A stretch of 64,000 nt of DNA, taken from the IMG/VR virus record IMGVR_UViG_3300037565_000048, positions 5,201 to 69,200 of that record; one strand, written 5' to 3'. The stretch's first letter is position 1. Each line of letters opens with the position of its first letter. The translations under genes were made by a program, and so were the position numbers. Below the pieces are notes generated by a model. That model worked only from the letters and a program-made list of their open reading frames with translations, had not been told where the DNA came from and did not search any database. Below, in pieces: positions 38,458 to 47,435 of the stretch. The stretch is from a virus. Lineage: Duplodnaviria; Caudoviricetes.

Positions 38458-40838
38458 GTTATGTCGCCAAATATTTCACGAATATCGGTGTTTTGCATTT
38501 CTTCTTCAGTAGCCACACTCTCAAAGATGTCCGCTGCCAAAAGTGAATAACCTCCGGCTGTGAACAAATCGTAGTCCTTCATATCCTTCGGTCCTGGGAT
38601 TTGCATACACTCTTCGATTATTTCTATGTGCCTTTCGTACTCTACAAATCGGTTGATGTATGTCATCCACAACTGAAAGATGTCTTGCTTTACCTTCTCG
38701 TTGGTGCTTCGTCCACTCATCGGACTTGTCCGACCTTGAGCGTCGGTGAAAAATAGCAAAAATCCAGCGAACCCCCATTCTTTGAACTTTTCGTCAATCA
38801 ATGGTACGTTGACCTCCGGGAACATCATTGCACCCGTCATCACACACATCATCAACATATCCATGGCATAGGTGTCCTTGTCTTCTACCCGGTTGTTGTA
38901 GGTTATGCAGAATTTGTTGCTTACCCAAGTAGATGGGTCTGAAGATGGATTGTCCAATCGACTGTTGAATGGTTGATAGATTGCTCCGGCGCCATTCGAC
39001 TTCCGGCCAAACTTTACTTGGTTGAACTTGAAAGGGTCTGCGCCAGCATATAGCTTGTTGTCTACTTTGGGGCCTTTGGCTTGAATGATAGGATCAAACT
39101 GAATCGTGTTCATTCTTGACCGGTCCGGAAGCCAGCTTGCTTTGAATTTCCCAAAGCTGTTGTCCACCAATCTCACTTGTGACTCTAAAGGTGTTCCATC
39201 CCAATCCAAGTCAAAGTGTCGGATACGAGGCGGAGTAATCCGGATTTCTTGGAGACGCTGGTTGAGTTTGTGTAAGTTGAACCCGCTGTCGCTGTTGTCT
39301 TCACGGAAGCTTTCTTTCCAAAACAACGGAGCCATTCTGATTTCATCGTTCAACTCTTCCCATTCTTCAGCTTCCTCAAGAGCTGCCCGCGTATCAAGTA
39401 TGTGATCAAGACTTCCTTTGGTAATCATCTTGCCGTTGATACCGCGGACCGGTTCATCCGGTGTCCGTAGAACCGTGAATCCGTATTCATCCACAAATCC
39501 CTCAAGACCTTCGCTTGCCGGAATAAACACGTTCACAAGACCGCTGATTGTTTGGCCGTTCGCGTTTCTTTGGTCGTACATCGAAAGACGTGAAATCTCG
39601 TAAAACTCCTTACCTCCTTCGCCTTTCATTTTTTGAGTCGTCGATGTCAACCAAGCCCATCCAATGATTTCCTTTCCTTGACCTTGAGCCAAACATTTCT
39701 TGACGACTGACCAACGCTTTCTCACGTCGTAATTTGAGCCCTTTTCTTTCTTGCCTACCTCGTCATGGTGAATTGCGTGAAGTTTCTCACCGTCATACTG
39801 AATGTTACCGCTTGCCCGGTGATCCATCCAGCTTTGAATACCCAAGTCTTCTACAACTGCATTTCGCTTTTGGCTTGCCACTTGCATATTCAGACTCGAC
39901 TTCGGTGTTGTACCGCCATCGTGTGTCGGCTTGAAGAAGAACCATAGCTTTTGCCATGGCTTGATCAATTTGTTGTCAAACACACTCTGACTGTCGGTAT
40001 CCGACTTTGACTGAATCCCAGCGTATCTGTTGTAACCTTCAGTCACAATCAAATAGTTCCCGCATTGACTTCTAAAGGTGGCTCCGTCTCGACGACCTTT
40101 AGGGTAAGCTATACCGAAGTTCACACGCTCACCGACGTCAATCAAAAAGTATCCCTTTTTGTGGCGAAGCCCAGGGTACGGCTTCATTTCGTTTCGGTTG
40201 ATTGCAGACTCGTTTTCTTTGTGAAGCTTGTTCTTGAACTTCTTCATGTCTACAAATGATCCGAAGTATCGTACTTGCTCTATCCCGTTTCTGACGTATC
40301 GAACTTCATAGTTGAACGGAGCCGTTGTCGTCTCATACAAGTAGAGTGATGCAGACCACCAAAGCAAATCTCGATATCGGAAGTCCGGAAGACCATCAAC
40401 TCTTTTGTCGTTACCTACCGGCCATTGATTGAGGTAGAACCAATACCAGCGGTTGATGTAATACGGCTTTCCCTTGATGTAGAACCACCGGCCGTTGTAC
40501 CGGTAGTGAATCATTCGCTTAATCCACTTGATTTCCTCAATCCAGTCCTTTCTCTTGATCTCAAGGTACTCGTAGATTTGGTCTGGACTTACGCTGTCGT
40601 CTTCCTTGATTTCAAAATACCTCCGGACGTGCTTCACAATTTGCTGAAGACGCTTTGGCATTTTCTCGTGAAAGAACTTCTGATCTTTAGGGTGTTTCCC
40701 GTAGTTAGCAATCTTGGTTTTGTCGGCCGGTGGCTTCGGTACCGGAACCTTTATCACCGGAAGGTCCGGATCTTGATCGTGCAAAATCAAATACTTGTCT
40801 GCCTCTTCGTACAGATGATCAAACTGTTCTGCCATCAC
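38454..40838 (-). CDS. terL: terminase large subunit
   Basis: Walker A-like PKGRRDGATF, Walker B HHDEVGK, nuclease motifs AGADPF, FPEVN and DYDLFTAGG. Confidence 0.9.
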   Translation of the reverse strand: MMAEQFDHLYEEADKYLILHDQDPDLPVIKVPVPKPPADKTKIANYGKHPKDQKFFHEKMPKRLQQIVKHVRRYFEIKEDDSVSPDQIYEYLEIKRKDWIEEIKWIKRMIHYRYNGRWFYIKGKPYYINRWYWFYLNQWPVGNDKRVDGLPDFRYRDLLWWSASLYLYETTTAPFNYEVRYVRNGIEQVRYFGSFVDMKKFKNKLHKENESAINRNEMKPYPGLRHKKGYFLIDVGERVNFGIAYPKGRRDGATFRSQCGNYLIVTEGYNRYAGIQSKSDTDSQSVFDNKLIKPWQKLWFFFKPTHDGGTTPKSSLNMQVASQKRNAVVEDLGIQSWMDHRASGNIQYDGEKLHAIHHDEVGKKEKGSNYDVRKRWSVVKKCLAQGQGKEIIGWAWLTSTTQKMKGEGGKEFYEISRLSMYDQRNANGQTISGLVNVFIPASEGLEGFVDEYGFTVLRTPDEPVRGINGKMITKGSLDHILDTRAALEEAEEWEELNDEIRMAPLFWKESFREDNSDSGFNLHKLNQRLQEIRITPPRIRHFDLDWDGTPLESQVRLVDNSFGKFKASWLPDRSRMNTIQFDPIIQAKGPKVDNKLYAGADPFKFNQVKFGRKSNGAGAIYQPFNSRLDNPSSDPSTWVSNKFCITYNNRVEDKDTYAMDMLMMCVMTGAMMFPEVNVPLIDEKFKEWGFAGFLLFFTDAQGRTSPMSGRSTNEKVKQDIFQLWMTYINRFVEYERHIEIIEECMQIPGPKDMKDYDLFTAGGYSLLAADIFESVATEEEMQNTDIREIFGDIT

Positions 40839-41437
40839 TCACCTATTTCTGAAAACACAGACTTATTCTGCTGAAACGCCTTGATGTGCTCTTCCGGCCG
40901 GATACCCAAACTTTCTTCTTGAAGAATTGCAAACACCATTTCGCGCTCGGCATCCGACATTTCACCACCGTTGATACGGTCTTGAAGTCCGTCGATTTCA
41001 TTCTTCAGCTTGATTGCATCTTTAGTCTTGTCGTGCTGACCATTCTCAATCAACTCAAGAGTTTTGTAGTAGCTGTTCTGAAGAGTATTGAGCAACGCCC
41101 AATCGTTGTTGTTTTGAACGTACAGCATCCGGATCTTGCACCGGTTCACGTAGTCGCTACCTTGAATGATCTCTTGAACCCACTCCGGTATCCCACCTGG
41201 ACGTTTGACCAGCTTGGCCAACTCCGCTGCTTCTTTTTGTCTATCTCGAAGACTTTGTATGTTCTTGAGTGGGCTTTCCTTGTCAACGAGGTATGCCAAG
41301 TAGACAAACATCCGCTTCAAACTCATACCGGGGCTTGCTCCGGTCATGTCTTCAAACTCTGACCGGTAAGGAGCCAAGCTTGGATTGAGTTCAAACAGAT
41401 CCCAAGCCGTATCTACTTCTTGAATTTTGAATCGCAT
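40835..41437 (-). CDS. hypothetical protein, candidate terminase small subunit
   Basis: Helical ~200 aa overlapping the terL start; likely ATG at 41437, 3 nt after a perfect promoter motif. Confidence 0.5.
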   Translation of the reverse strand: MRFKIQEVDTAWDLFELNPSLAPYRSEFEDMTGASPGMSLKRMFVYLAYLVDKESPLKNIQSLRDRQKEAAELAKLVKRPGGIPEWVQEIIQGSDYVNRCKIRMLYVQNNNDWALLNTLQNSYYKTLELIENGQHDKTKDAIKLKNEIDGLQDRINGGEMSDAEREMVFAILQEESLGIRPEEHIKAFQQNKSVFSEIGE

Positions 41438-41440
41438 ACT

Positions 41441-41448
41441 CAAAGATA
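41441..41448 (-). promoter_or_regulatory. Bacteroidota -7 element TATCTTTG
   Basis: Plus strand caaagata; 3 nt from ATG 41437. Confidence 0.65.
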
Positions 41449-41451
41449 ATC

Positions 41452-41490
41452 GAAAACCCCCGCAACAAACACCAGGTTTGGAGACGGGGG
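41452..41490 (-). terminator. intrinsic terminator
   Basis: CCCCG..CAAAC-loop-GTTTG..CGGGG hairpin followed by TTTT on the minus strand. Confidence 0.5.
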
Positions 41491-41537
41491 TAATCAACGA
41501 TGTTCTTACTTGACTTGAAAGAACTTGACTTGCGTGG

Positions 41538-42365
41538 CTAAACTACGAAGAATTTTGAATCGACTGAGAATGTTTTGTCACCTTCTTTCAAAAAGTGATG
41601 GATTTTCCACGGGCACTTGTTCCGGATAATCAAAACGCGATCAACTCCACGTTGCATAAACTCTTCTCTTTTGGAAACGCATTTTTCAAGTTGCAAATCT
41701 GTGTCTCCGGCTCTGTCCAACTCGACGTGACTAACAATGCAGTTTTTATGAAAAGCAATTGCTAGGTGTGGAGTCTGTGATTCATTGATGATACGGTTGA
41801 CGTGGCGCATCATTCTTCGGTAATCTGGCAAACCTTGAGTGTCATAAAACTCTGACAACATCTTGACGTGCTTGGCAAGTGTTTCGGCAGGATAGATTTC
41901 CTTTAGTGAGTCCGATACGAAACGCTTCGCGCTGTTGATGGTATTGACAGCAGACATATACTTCTCTTTCCACGCCAGCGATTGTTCCTCGACATCAAGA
42001 TACGCTTGCTTCATCGCTGCAATTTGATCTTGATGTTGTTTCAAGGTGTCGGCCATGGCTTCTTCTTTTTTCTTGAGCTCTTTCTTCAATTCCTCTTTTT
42101 GGGCATTTCGGATTATAGACTCTTCTCGCGCAGAATTATACTTTCTTTCAACTGCACCTTTCGCAAGATGACAGTTGTTGAGTTGATTCTTCACGTTAGC
42201 CAAATGTGATTCGTATCCGTCTTGAACTCTAGAAATAGCTTCCAGTCTTCGTTTTCGTTCAATCTTGATTACAGCAATTACGACCAAGATCATAATTACA
42301 AGCATTGCGAAGATTGCTTCGACAATGTTTCCGGTTCCCGTATTGGGTAGCAATAAATAATTCAT
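41538..42365 (-). CDS. membrane-anchored coiled-coil protein
   Basis: N-terminal TM (IFAMLVIMILVVIAVI) followed by a long coiled coil. Confidence 0.7.
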   Translation of the reverse strand: MNYLLLPNTGTGNIVEAIFAMLVIMILVVIAVIKIERKRRLEAISRVQDGYESHLANVKNQLNNCHLAKGAVERKYNSAREESIIRNAQKEELKKELKKKEEAMADTLKQHQDQIAAMKQAYLDVEEQSLAWKEKYMSAVNTINSAKRFVSDSLKEIYPAETLAKHVKMLSEFYDTQGLPDYRRMMRHVNRIINESQTPHLAIAFHKNCIVSHVELDRAGDTDLQLEKCVSKREEFMQRGVDRVLIIRNKCPWKIHHFLKEGDKTFSVDSKFFVV

Positions 42366-42439
42366 ATCGGTTTGTTTTGATTGGAATTTCGCAAAAAAAA
42401 AGTTTCGTCACTCTTTAACAGTATAGAATGTGATTTGCT

Positions 42440-42730
42440 TTTGTTATCCCAAGCGAGGGGAGGTCAGCAAAACTCAAGTCAAACCCTCCCCCTCCCCTGG
42501 CAGAAGATTTGACTCGAACTTCGCTGACCTAGATGCGTTTGCTTCCGTTAGAGCCCGCGCTTCGGGTATGGCTCAAGGTGGCATTACAAGTCGTAGAAGA
42601 ATACCGGCCTCGATTTAACAGCGGATTATTTTACCCTCCCTCGTTCTTGAGGGAGCAGGAAGACTGTTTCAACTTCCGGAGCCCACGGTTTGATAGCGGT
42701 GTATAAGGGCTGTAGCCCACCGCACATCTT
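42440..42730 (-). ncRNA. candidate structured RNA
   Basis: No credible ORF in a ~550-bp gap. A 23-bp stem at 42461-42530 is fully paired only on the minus strand (4 G.U pairs); several additional hairpins are present. Confidence 0.4.
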
Positions 42731-42889
42731 GATTTCAACTTGTATTTCGGGATTGGTTCGTTTCCATGGGTCATTATTTCAGAGCAATTCTAGACTTTTT
42801 TCTTGAATCAAGCAAGCATTTGTCTAAAAATGCTTTTCTTTGGAATCATTAGAAACCCGTCGCGGTTTCATTCGTTTCTTATTATTTCT

Positions 42890-42924
42890 CCCGCCATGAC
42901 AAAGGTTGTGGCGGGTTTTTTTTT
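42890..42924 (+). terminator. intrinsic terminator oriented for + strand transcription
   Basis: CCCGCCATGAC-AAAG-GTTGTGGCGGG followed by T9. Confidence 0.6.
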
Positions 42925-43696
42925 ACCAGCTTTCTTCTACCGGCTCCGGAACAGTTACCGCCACAAATCTTCTTTGCGTGACGTGGTACTGTTTCTTCAG
43001 ATGAGCATGGAACTCCACCTCAAGAGGGAACAGATAGTTCTTGTTCCGCAGATAAACGATATCTCCGGCTTCAACCGGATAATCGTCGAATTTTCCATGG
43101 TAGTATTTGTTCACCGGCTTTCCGACGCGGAGCACTCGCATCTGTTGCTGCAAATGCTTTCTGTGTCCAACAACTTCTCCGTGGGCGTCAACACCAAGCG
43201 TCAAACCTCCGGACTCAAAGTTGCTACGCTCAATGAGCTCACCAACTATGTATCCGTTTACCGGAATGATGTCTTCTCCGTCGATTTTGCATTGGATGCT
43301 ACTGTAGCGAACAAAGCAGTACGTCACACCGGGATCATCTTCTACGATGACGATACGGTTGTCAGTCTCCTTCACCATTTCTTTGTCGCGGTATCCGCCC
43401 AGGGCTTGAACCACGTCCAAGTAGTACAACACAACTTCATCACCTGACTCTACCTCACAATCTGTGGCCCACTCCGAAGCCCCACCTTTTCCTATCTCTG
43501 AAGGAGCAACGACCACCTCTCCGTACACCGGTGCGTGAACCTCTTGGTTGCCGATGTTGATTGGAACGAAAATCTTGATTTCGTTCAACCCTCCCTTGTT
43601 AAGTATGATTTCGTCGTTGGCTCTGGTCAGCTTCACCAACACAAAGTTCAACGGAATCTCAAGGTTCTCTAGTTCAGCTTTGGTTACTGTGATCAT
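42923..43696 (-). CDS. tandem GroES-like domain protein
   Basis: Two repeats of the P.N.VLV ... G.VV..P/G ... VE.GD.V pattern (IPLNFVLVK/EVESGDEVV and IPVNGYIVG/PVEAGDIVY). Confidence 0.6.
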   Translation of the reverse strand: MITVTKAELENLEIPLNFVLVKLTRANDEIILNKGGLNEIKIFVPINIGNQEVHAPVYGEVVVAPSEIGKGGASEWATDCEVESGDEVVLYYLDVVQALGGYRDKEMVKETDNRIVIVEDDPGVTYCFVRYSSIQCKIDGEDIIPVNGYIVGELIERSNFESGGLTLGVDAHGEVVGHRKHLQQQMRVLRVGKPVNKYYHGKFDDYPVEAGDIVYLRNKNYLFPLEVEFHAHLKKQYHVTQRRFVAVTVPEPVEESW

Positions 43697-44298
43697 ACCG
43701 CACGAAGTTTTTGTTCTTCACCGCTGTCGTCGTCTTCGTCGTCAACCTTAATTGTCGCGCCACCAAACAAAGTGAGTTGATGTTCTTCGCTGTGCTGGCT
43801 CAAAAACTTGATCAACTCTTTCTTGACATCCGTTACCCTCCGGTCAAGTTCGGCTTCATAGCCCAGGTCAACACCGTCGATGTAGTAGATTGGATGGCTC
43901 TTGAGTGTGTGGCTTTGACCGTGCTTGTTTCTCAAGGATCCGGATACGATACAGAACACTCCGGTCTTGTCTGTGCCAAACTCAATTGACTCAAGGTTGA
44001 ATCGGCTATTGATTTTCTCGTAGTGATCATTGATCACATTCTCAAGCTGGGTAAACCCTCTTTGTTGCTGGCTGTTCATTTCGCCAAACTCGTAGTCAAT
44101 TGACAAAAAGTTGAAACCAAAGATGTCTACTGCAAGTGCACTCACAGAGTTCCAGGCCTTGAGCAAATTGGCTGAAGGCGCAATGTTGCTGTACTTCATC
44201 GGTGAAACCACCTTTGAAACCATTTCGTCGCTTAGGACTTCCTCTGAAACCGTGGCTTTGATGGAGCCGGGCTTCATTTGAATTTTCTCAATAATCAT
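43693..44298 (-). CDS. hypothetical protein
   Basis: ORF 43693..44319, likely ATG MIIEKIQ; acidic C-terminus. Confidence 0.65.
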   Translation of the reverse strand: MIIEKIQMKPGSIKATVSEEVLSDEMVSKVVSPMKYSNIAPSANLLKAWNSVSALAVDIFGFNFLSIDYEFGEMNSQQQRGFTQLENVINDHYEKINSRFNLESIEFGTDKTGVFCIVSGSLRNKHGQSHTLKSHPIYYIDGVDLGYEAELDRRVTDVKKELIKFLSQHSEEHQLTLFGGATIKVDDEDDDSGEEQKLRAV

Positions 44299-44315
44299 AG
44301 TGTTGGATTTTGACT

Positions 44316-44340
44316 GCAAGTTAGTGTTTCGCTATTTTGC
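44316..44340. promoter_or_regulatory. back-to-back promoter-like elements (TAACTTGC on -, TATTTTGC on +)
   Basis: Located at the divergence point between the - strand gene and the lone + strand gene. Confidence 0.4.
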
Positions 44341-44768
44341 ATCAAATTAACGATATGGACTTGTTTTCTTACGTCAACGCATTTGGTATGCAGAATTGTG
44401 TATCAGATGATGACTACCAATTTATTTACGGTGACACAGATACCGGAGTGGCTTGCCTCACAATGCAAGGTGAGCCCATCTTCAGAATTGACTTGGATCC
44501 GGAACCACAATCACAAGAAATCATCACGACAGCGGTGAAGAGAATCATCGCGGTTGTTGATGACGTTGAAGACTTGTACAAGGTACCTTCTACAAAAGAC
44601 ATGGTGGCGCAGTACGACGTAGACTTCACTCAAAAACTGATGAGTCTTCTCGTTGCCCTCACTTCTTCTGAAGAAGAGATACTGCAGTCTATGATCAAGA
44701 AGAACCCAAGCTTGTTCCTCTTGATGAAAACCCTCGACTTGACGACAATAAAAAACCCCGCGAGTTAA
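44337..44768 (+). CDS. hypothetical protein (lone + strand gene)
   Basis: 143-aa ORF, likely ATG ~44355; ends in a bidirectional terminator. Confidence 0.65.
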   Translation: MHQINDMDLFSYVNAFGMQNCVSDDDYQFIYGDTDTGVACLTMQGEPIFRIDLDPEPQSQEIITTAVKRIIAVVDDVEDLYKVPSTKDMVAQYDVDFTQKLMSLLVALTSSEEEILQSMIKKNPSLFLLMKTLDLTTIKNPAS

Positions 44769-44780
44769 TCGCAGGGTTTT
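44751..44780. terminator. bidirectional terminator
   Basis: AAAAACCCCGCGA-GTTAA-TCGCAGGGTTTT between convergent genes. Confidence 0.65.
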
Positions 44781-44804
44781 CTCCTTCCTATGGCATGATC
44801 AAAC

Positions 44805-45149
44805 CTAGCATTGTTTGATCGGATCGAATCCAGGGCAAAAGTCTTTATGGCACTTTGTCGATACTGCACAACGGCTACTATACAGCCAATTTGCCGGCTC
44901 GTGCCAATTTACCGAGGTTACGGAAAATTCGATGTCGTTGTAATTGATTTCCGCCCAAATGGTTTTGGATCGGTGTTGCGCGAAGTACACTTCAGCGCTT
45001 GAATCAATTGCGTATGCGTCATCACAATCGACGACATCATACACTACAACAACATCATCGGGTGGTGCTTTAGTGTCAACTGCATACGCTGTCTGACCTA
45101 CTGCGAACACCACCAAAATCGCTACAAGAACTTTGAAAAAAGTTTTCAT
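44805..45149 (-). CDS. secreted hypothetical protein
   Basis: Signal peptide MKTFFKVLVAILVVFAVGQTAYA from ATG 45149; Cys-rich C-terminus. Confidence 0.55.
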   Translation of the reverse strand: MKTFFKVLVAILVVFAVGQTAYAVDTKAPPDDVVVVYDVVDCDDAYAIDSSAEVYFAQHRSKTIWAEINYNDIEFSVTSVNWHEPANWLYSSRCAVSTKCHKDFCPGFDPIKQC

Positions 45150-45196
45150 TGAAATGATTGATTGATGATTATTTATTGAATCCAATAATAGTCGAT

Positions 45197-45445
45197 TTAG
45201 TGCAAAACACAAAGGATGTCGTCAGCTTTAATCATTGCAAGCTGCTCTCCGTTATGCTCAATCGCATACATTGTACGCTTGATGAAGTGCACTCGATCTC
45301 CTTTACTGAAAGAATCGACGCCACTACTGAAGACAACTCCGGTTGTCGCTTCTTCTTTAGCTGCATCCGGAATGTAGATACCGCCAGCGGTTTTTGACTC
45401 TACCTTATCCGGCTTAATGATTACGTTGTCATTGAGTGCTTTCAT
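45197..45445 (-). CDS. groES: co-chaperonin GroES
   Basis: MKALNDNVII ... mobile loop KTAGGIYIPDAAKE ... TGVV ... GDRV ... MIKADDILCV. Confidence 0.9.
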   Translation of the reverse strand: MKALNDNVIIKPDKVESKTAGGIYIPDAAKEEATTGVVFSSGVDSFSKGDRVHFIKRTMYAIEHNGEQLAMIKADDILCVLH

Positions 45446-46332
45446 ACCGTGTGTTCTTTGATTGCGTTAATGATTTCTTGGTCTACTTTCTTCATCTTCA
45501 GCAAGAGAATAGCCCGCTTCTTGAACATTTCAAAGCCGTCCTTGTACCCGGCTTCGTATCCGGTTTCATAGTCTCCGCCACCAGGGATACCAGTTTGGAA
45601 CTCTTCTACCTCGTCTTCAATCCGGCCGTCTTCAGTTGCTTTGTGACGACGATGGCCAACTGACTGCGCTGGGCTTACTTCCGGTTGCTTCTCTTGCTCA
45701 CGACGCTTGCGTTCTGCCTCTGCTTCCGCCTCTTCTTGGCGACGCTTTTCAAAGAGCTCATCCTTCTGTTTCTTGAGCAACTGGTCCGACTCACCGTTCT
45801 TCACCCACTCTTCAATCTTCTCGTCGTATTCGTTCTTGAAATCATCAAAGCTGATGATGAAGTTACCGTCGGCAGAAATCCATTGGTTCGCTCCTTCAAT
45901 GTACCCGGCATCCTCCATGCGCTTCTTGCGCTCCTGCTCCCGCTTCTTTTTCTCCGCTTCCTTCCAATTCTCATGGCGCGCCATTTCAGCCCTCAAGGAA
46001 TCTTCAGTCGGTGTAAGGGCTGTCTTCACCGCATTTTCGGTGTCAACAATCCTTTTCCGGATAGCGTTGATAGGATCCTTAACCGTCTTCAGCCACTTGG
46101 TGGTCTCAAGTCGTTTGTTCCGGACTTCCTGCCACTTCTCTTTGATGGCCTCGTATTCCTCGACATCATCTACTTTGGTAAGAGTAAGCCCCTTGTACTC
46201 TTGAAGCTTTTTGATTTCCTCGTCGTTTGTGATCTTCTTGAGACCACTTGCTACTTTCAATTCCCACGATGTAGGAATCAAACTTTTTTCTTCTGCCATT
46301 GTCATTTCATTGTGTCGGGGTTTCTCCACCAC
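45442..46332 (-). CDS. coiled-coil hypothetical protein (DUF1351-like)
   Basis: Long charged helices, 296 aa. Confidence 0.6.
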   Translation of the reverse strand: MVEKPRHNEMTMAEEKSLIPTSWELKVASGLKKITNDEEIKKLQEYKGLTLTKVDDVEEYEAIKEKWQEVRNKRLETTKWLKTVKDPINAIRKRIVDTENAVKTALTPTEDSLRAEMARHENWKEAEKKKREQERKKRMEDAGYIEGANQWISADGNFIISFDDFKNEYDEKIEEWVKNGESDQLLKKQKDELFEKRRQEEAEAEAERKRREQEKQPEVSPAQSVGHRRHKATEDGRIEDEVEEFQTGIPGGGDYETGYEAGYKDGFEMFKKRAILLLKMKKVDQEIINAIKEHTV

Positions 46333-46477
46333 CGACGGTTAATAGGTGTTGAATTATTTTTCGTTGATTTGAACGTCTCGATACTGTCTAAAGGTTTCCT
46401 TGACTCAAGGTATGTCTTGATCAATTCATTTTTGCTATTCCTATCCAGCTTATCCACGCCTACAAGGTAAGAAGATA

Positions 46478-46984
46478 TCAAACCGTTGCGTCAAAGGCCG
46501 TCTCTTTGAGCCAATCACCGTTTCTTGAGTAGGCCATCATTTCGTTGTAGATACGCTGGTAGTAAACAAGCATATACACCAACTCATCGTTGTCCGGCTC
46601 CGCGTCTATGTACTTCTCAAGCTTTCTGATGTAGTTGTGCGCATGGGATCTCACTAAGATTGCTTTTGCAACATTCATTTCATCAAGAATACCCAATGCT
46701 CCGACGGAGTTCCCAATCACCACCAGCTTGTACCGGCAGATGCACTTCTTTTCCTTGCAACGGTGATGGGTGTGACTTGTCCATGCCCGCGGATACTTCA
46801 GAAGAGGTAATCCACTCAAGACGCTACGAAACAGTCCTTTCTGATACCGGCATATTTTCACCGAGTCCACCTTTCGTGAACTGCCAAAGATGACTTCGCA
46901 AGTCTCACCCTCAAGAGGTTGATCTTCTTCAAAGTCAAACCAATACCGACCTAAGCTATCCTTTAGCATCCTTTTCCTCTTCAA
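46478..46984 (-). CDS. hypothetical protein
   Basis: 168-aa ORF with an HHRCKEKKCIC motif. Confidence 0.55.
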   Translation of the reverse strand: MKRKRMLKDSLGRYWFDFEEDQPLEGETCEVIFGSSRKVDSVKICRYQKGLFRSVLSGLPLLKYPRAWTSHTHHRCKEKKCICRYKLVVIGNSVGALGILDEMNVAKAILVRSHAHNYIRKLEKYIDAEPDNDELVYMLVYYQRIYNEMMAYSRNGDWLKETAFDATV

Positions 46985-47435
46985 ATTTCTTGGCCATCAC
47001 ATACTCCAACGTCTCCACTTCACGGACGCGAAGACCGGCCGTATCTATGAAGGCAATTTTGTATCCGAGACGACCATACGCTCTTGCAACTTGCTCAAAC
47101 GATACTTGAGTGTTGTTGTTGATCTGTCCAAGAACTGAACTGTGAAGCATACCCAAAGACCGGTAAAACGGGGCTTTCTTCTCCCGCTTCAACGTCAGCA
47201 ACTTCTCAATGTGACGCATTTCATTGGCGCCTAGGTTGAGATCGTTGACCTTGAGCAATCGACAGTATTGCCGGTGCAACTTCGGACTTCTGATTTCTTT
47301 GTCGAGGTACTTACCATAGGTGGCCCTGGTGATACCCAAATTGTTCAGAATGAACTCAAGACTCACCTTGTTCTCTTCCCGAATCTTCTCCAACTCCTTC
47401 CACGTCGGAGAACCTTGTTTTGATTTCGTCGGCAT
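46956..47435 (-). CDS. tandem XRE-type HTH transcriptional regulator
   Basis: LEKIREENKVSLEFILNNLGITRATYGKY plus a second HTH-like unit in the C-terminal half. Confidence 0.6.
   Translation of the reverse strand: MPTKSKQGSPTWKELEKIREENKVSLEFILNNLGITRATYGKYLDKEIRSPKLHRQYCRLLKVNDLNLGANEMRHIEKLLTLKREKKAPFYRSLGMLHSSVLGQINNNTQVSFEQVARAYGRLGYKIAFIDTAGLRVREVETLEYVMAKKFEEEKDAKG

Noticed and set aside
42440-42730. tmRNA, SRP, 6S or group I intron identity for the structured island
   Set aside because: The diagnostic conserved motifs (tRNA-like ends, SRP domain IV, P7 core) were not recognisable; left as an unclassified candidate.
46398-46458. Origin or operator: palindrome CCTTGACTCAAGG plus a DnaA-box-like TTATCCACG
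   Set aside because: A single imperfect box, and the palindrome contains the genome-wide enriched CTCAAG motif, so chance is likely.
45685-46470. 261-aa + strand ORF (similarly 20310-20981, 42803-43447 and other antisense ORFs)
   Set aside because: Antisense shadows of well-supported minus-strand genes; Leu/Phe-rich composition mirrors the Lys/Glu codons.
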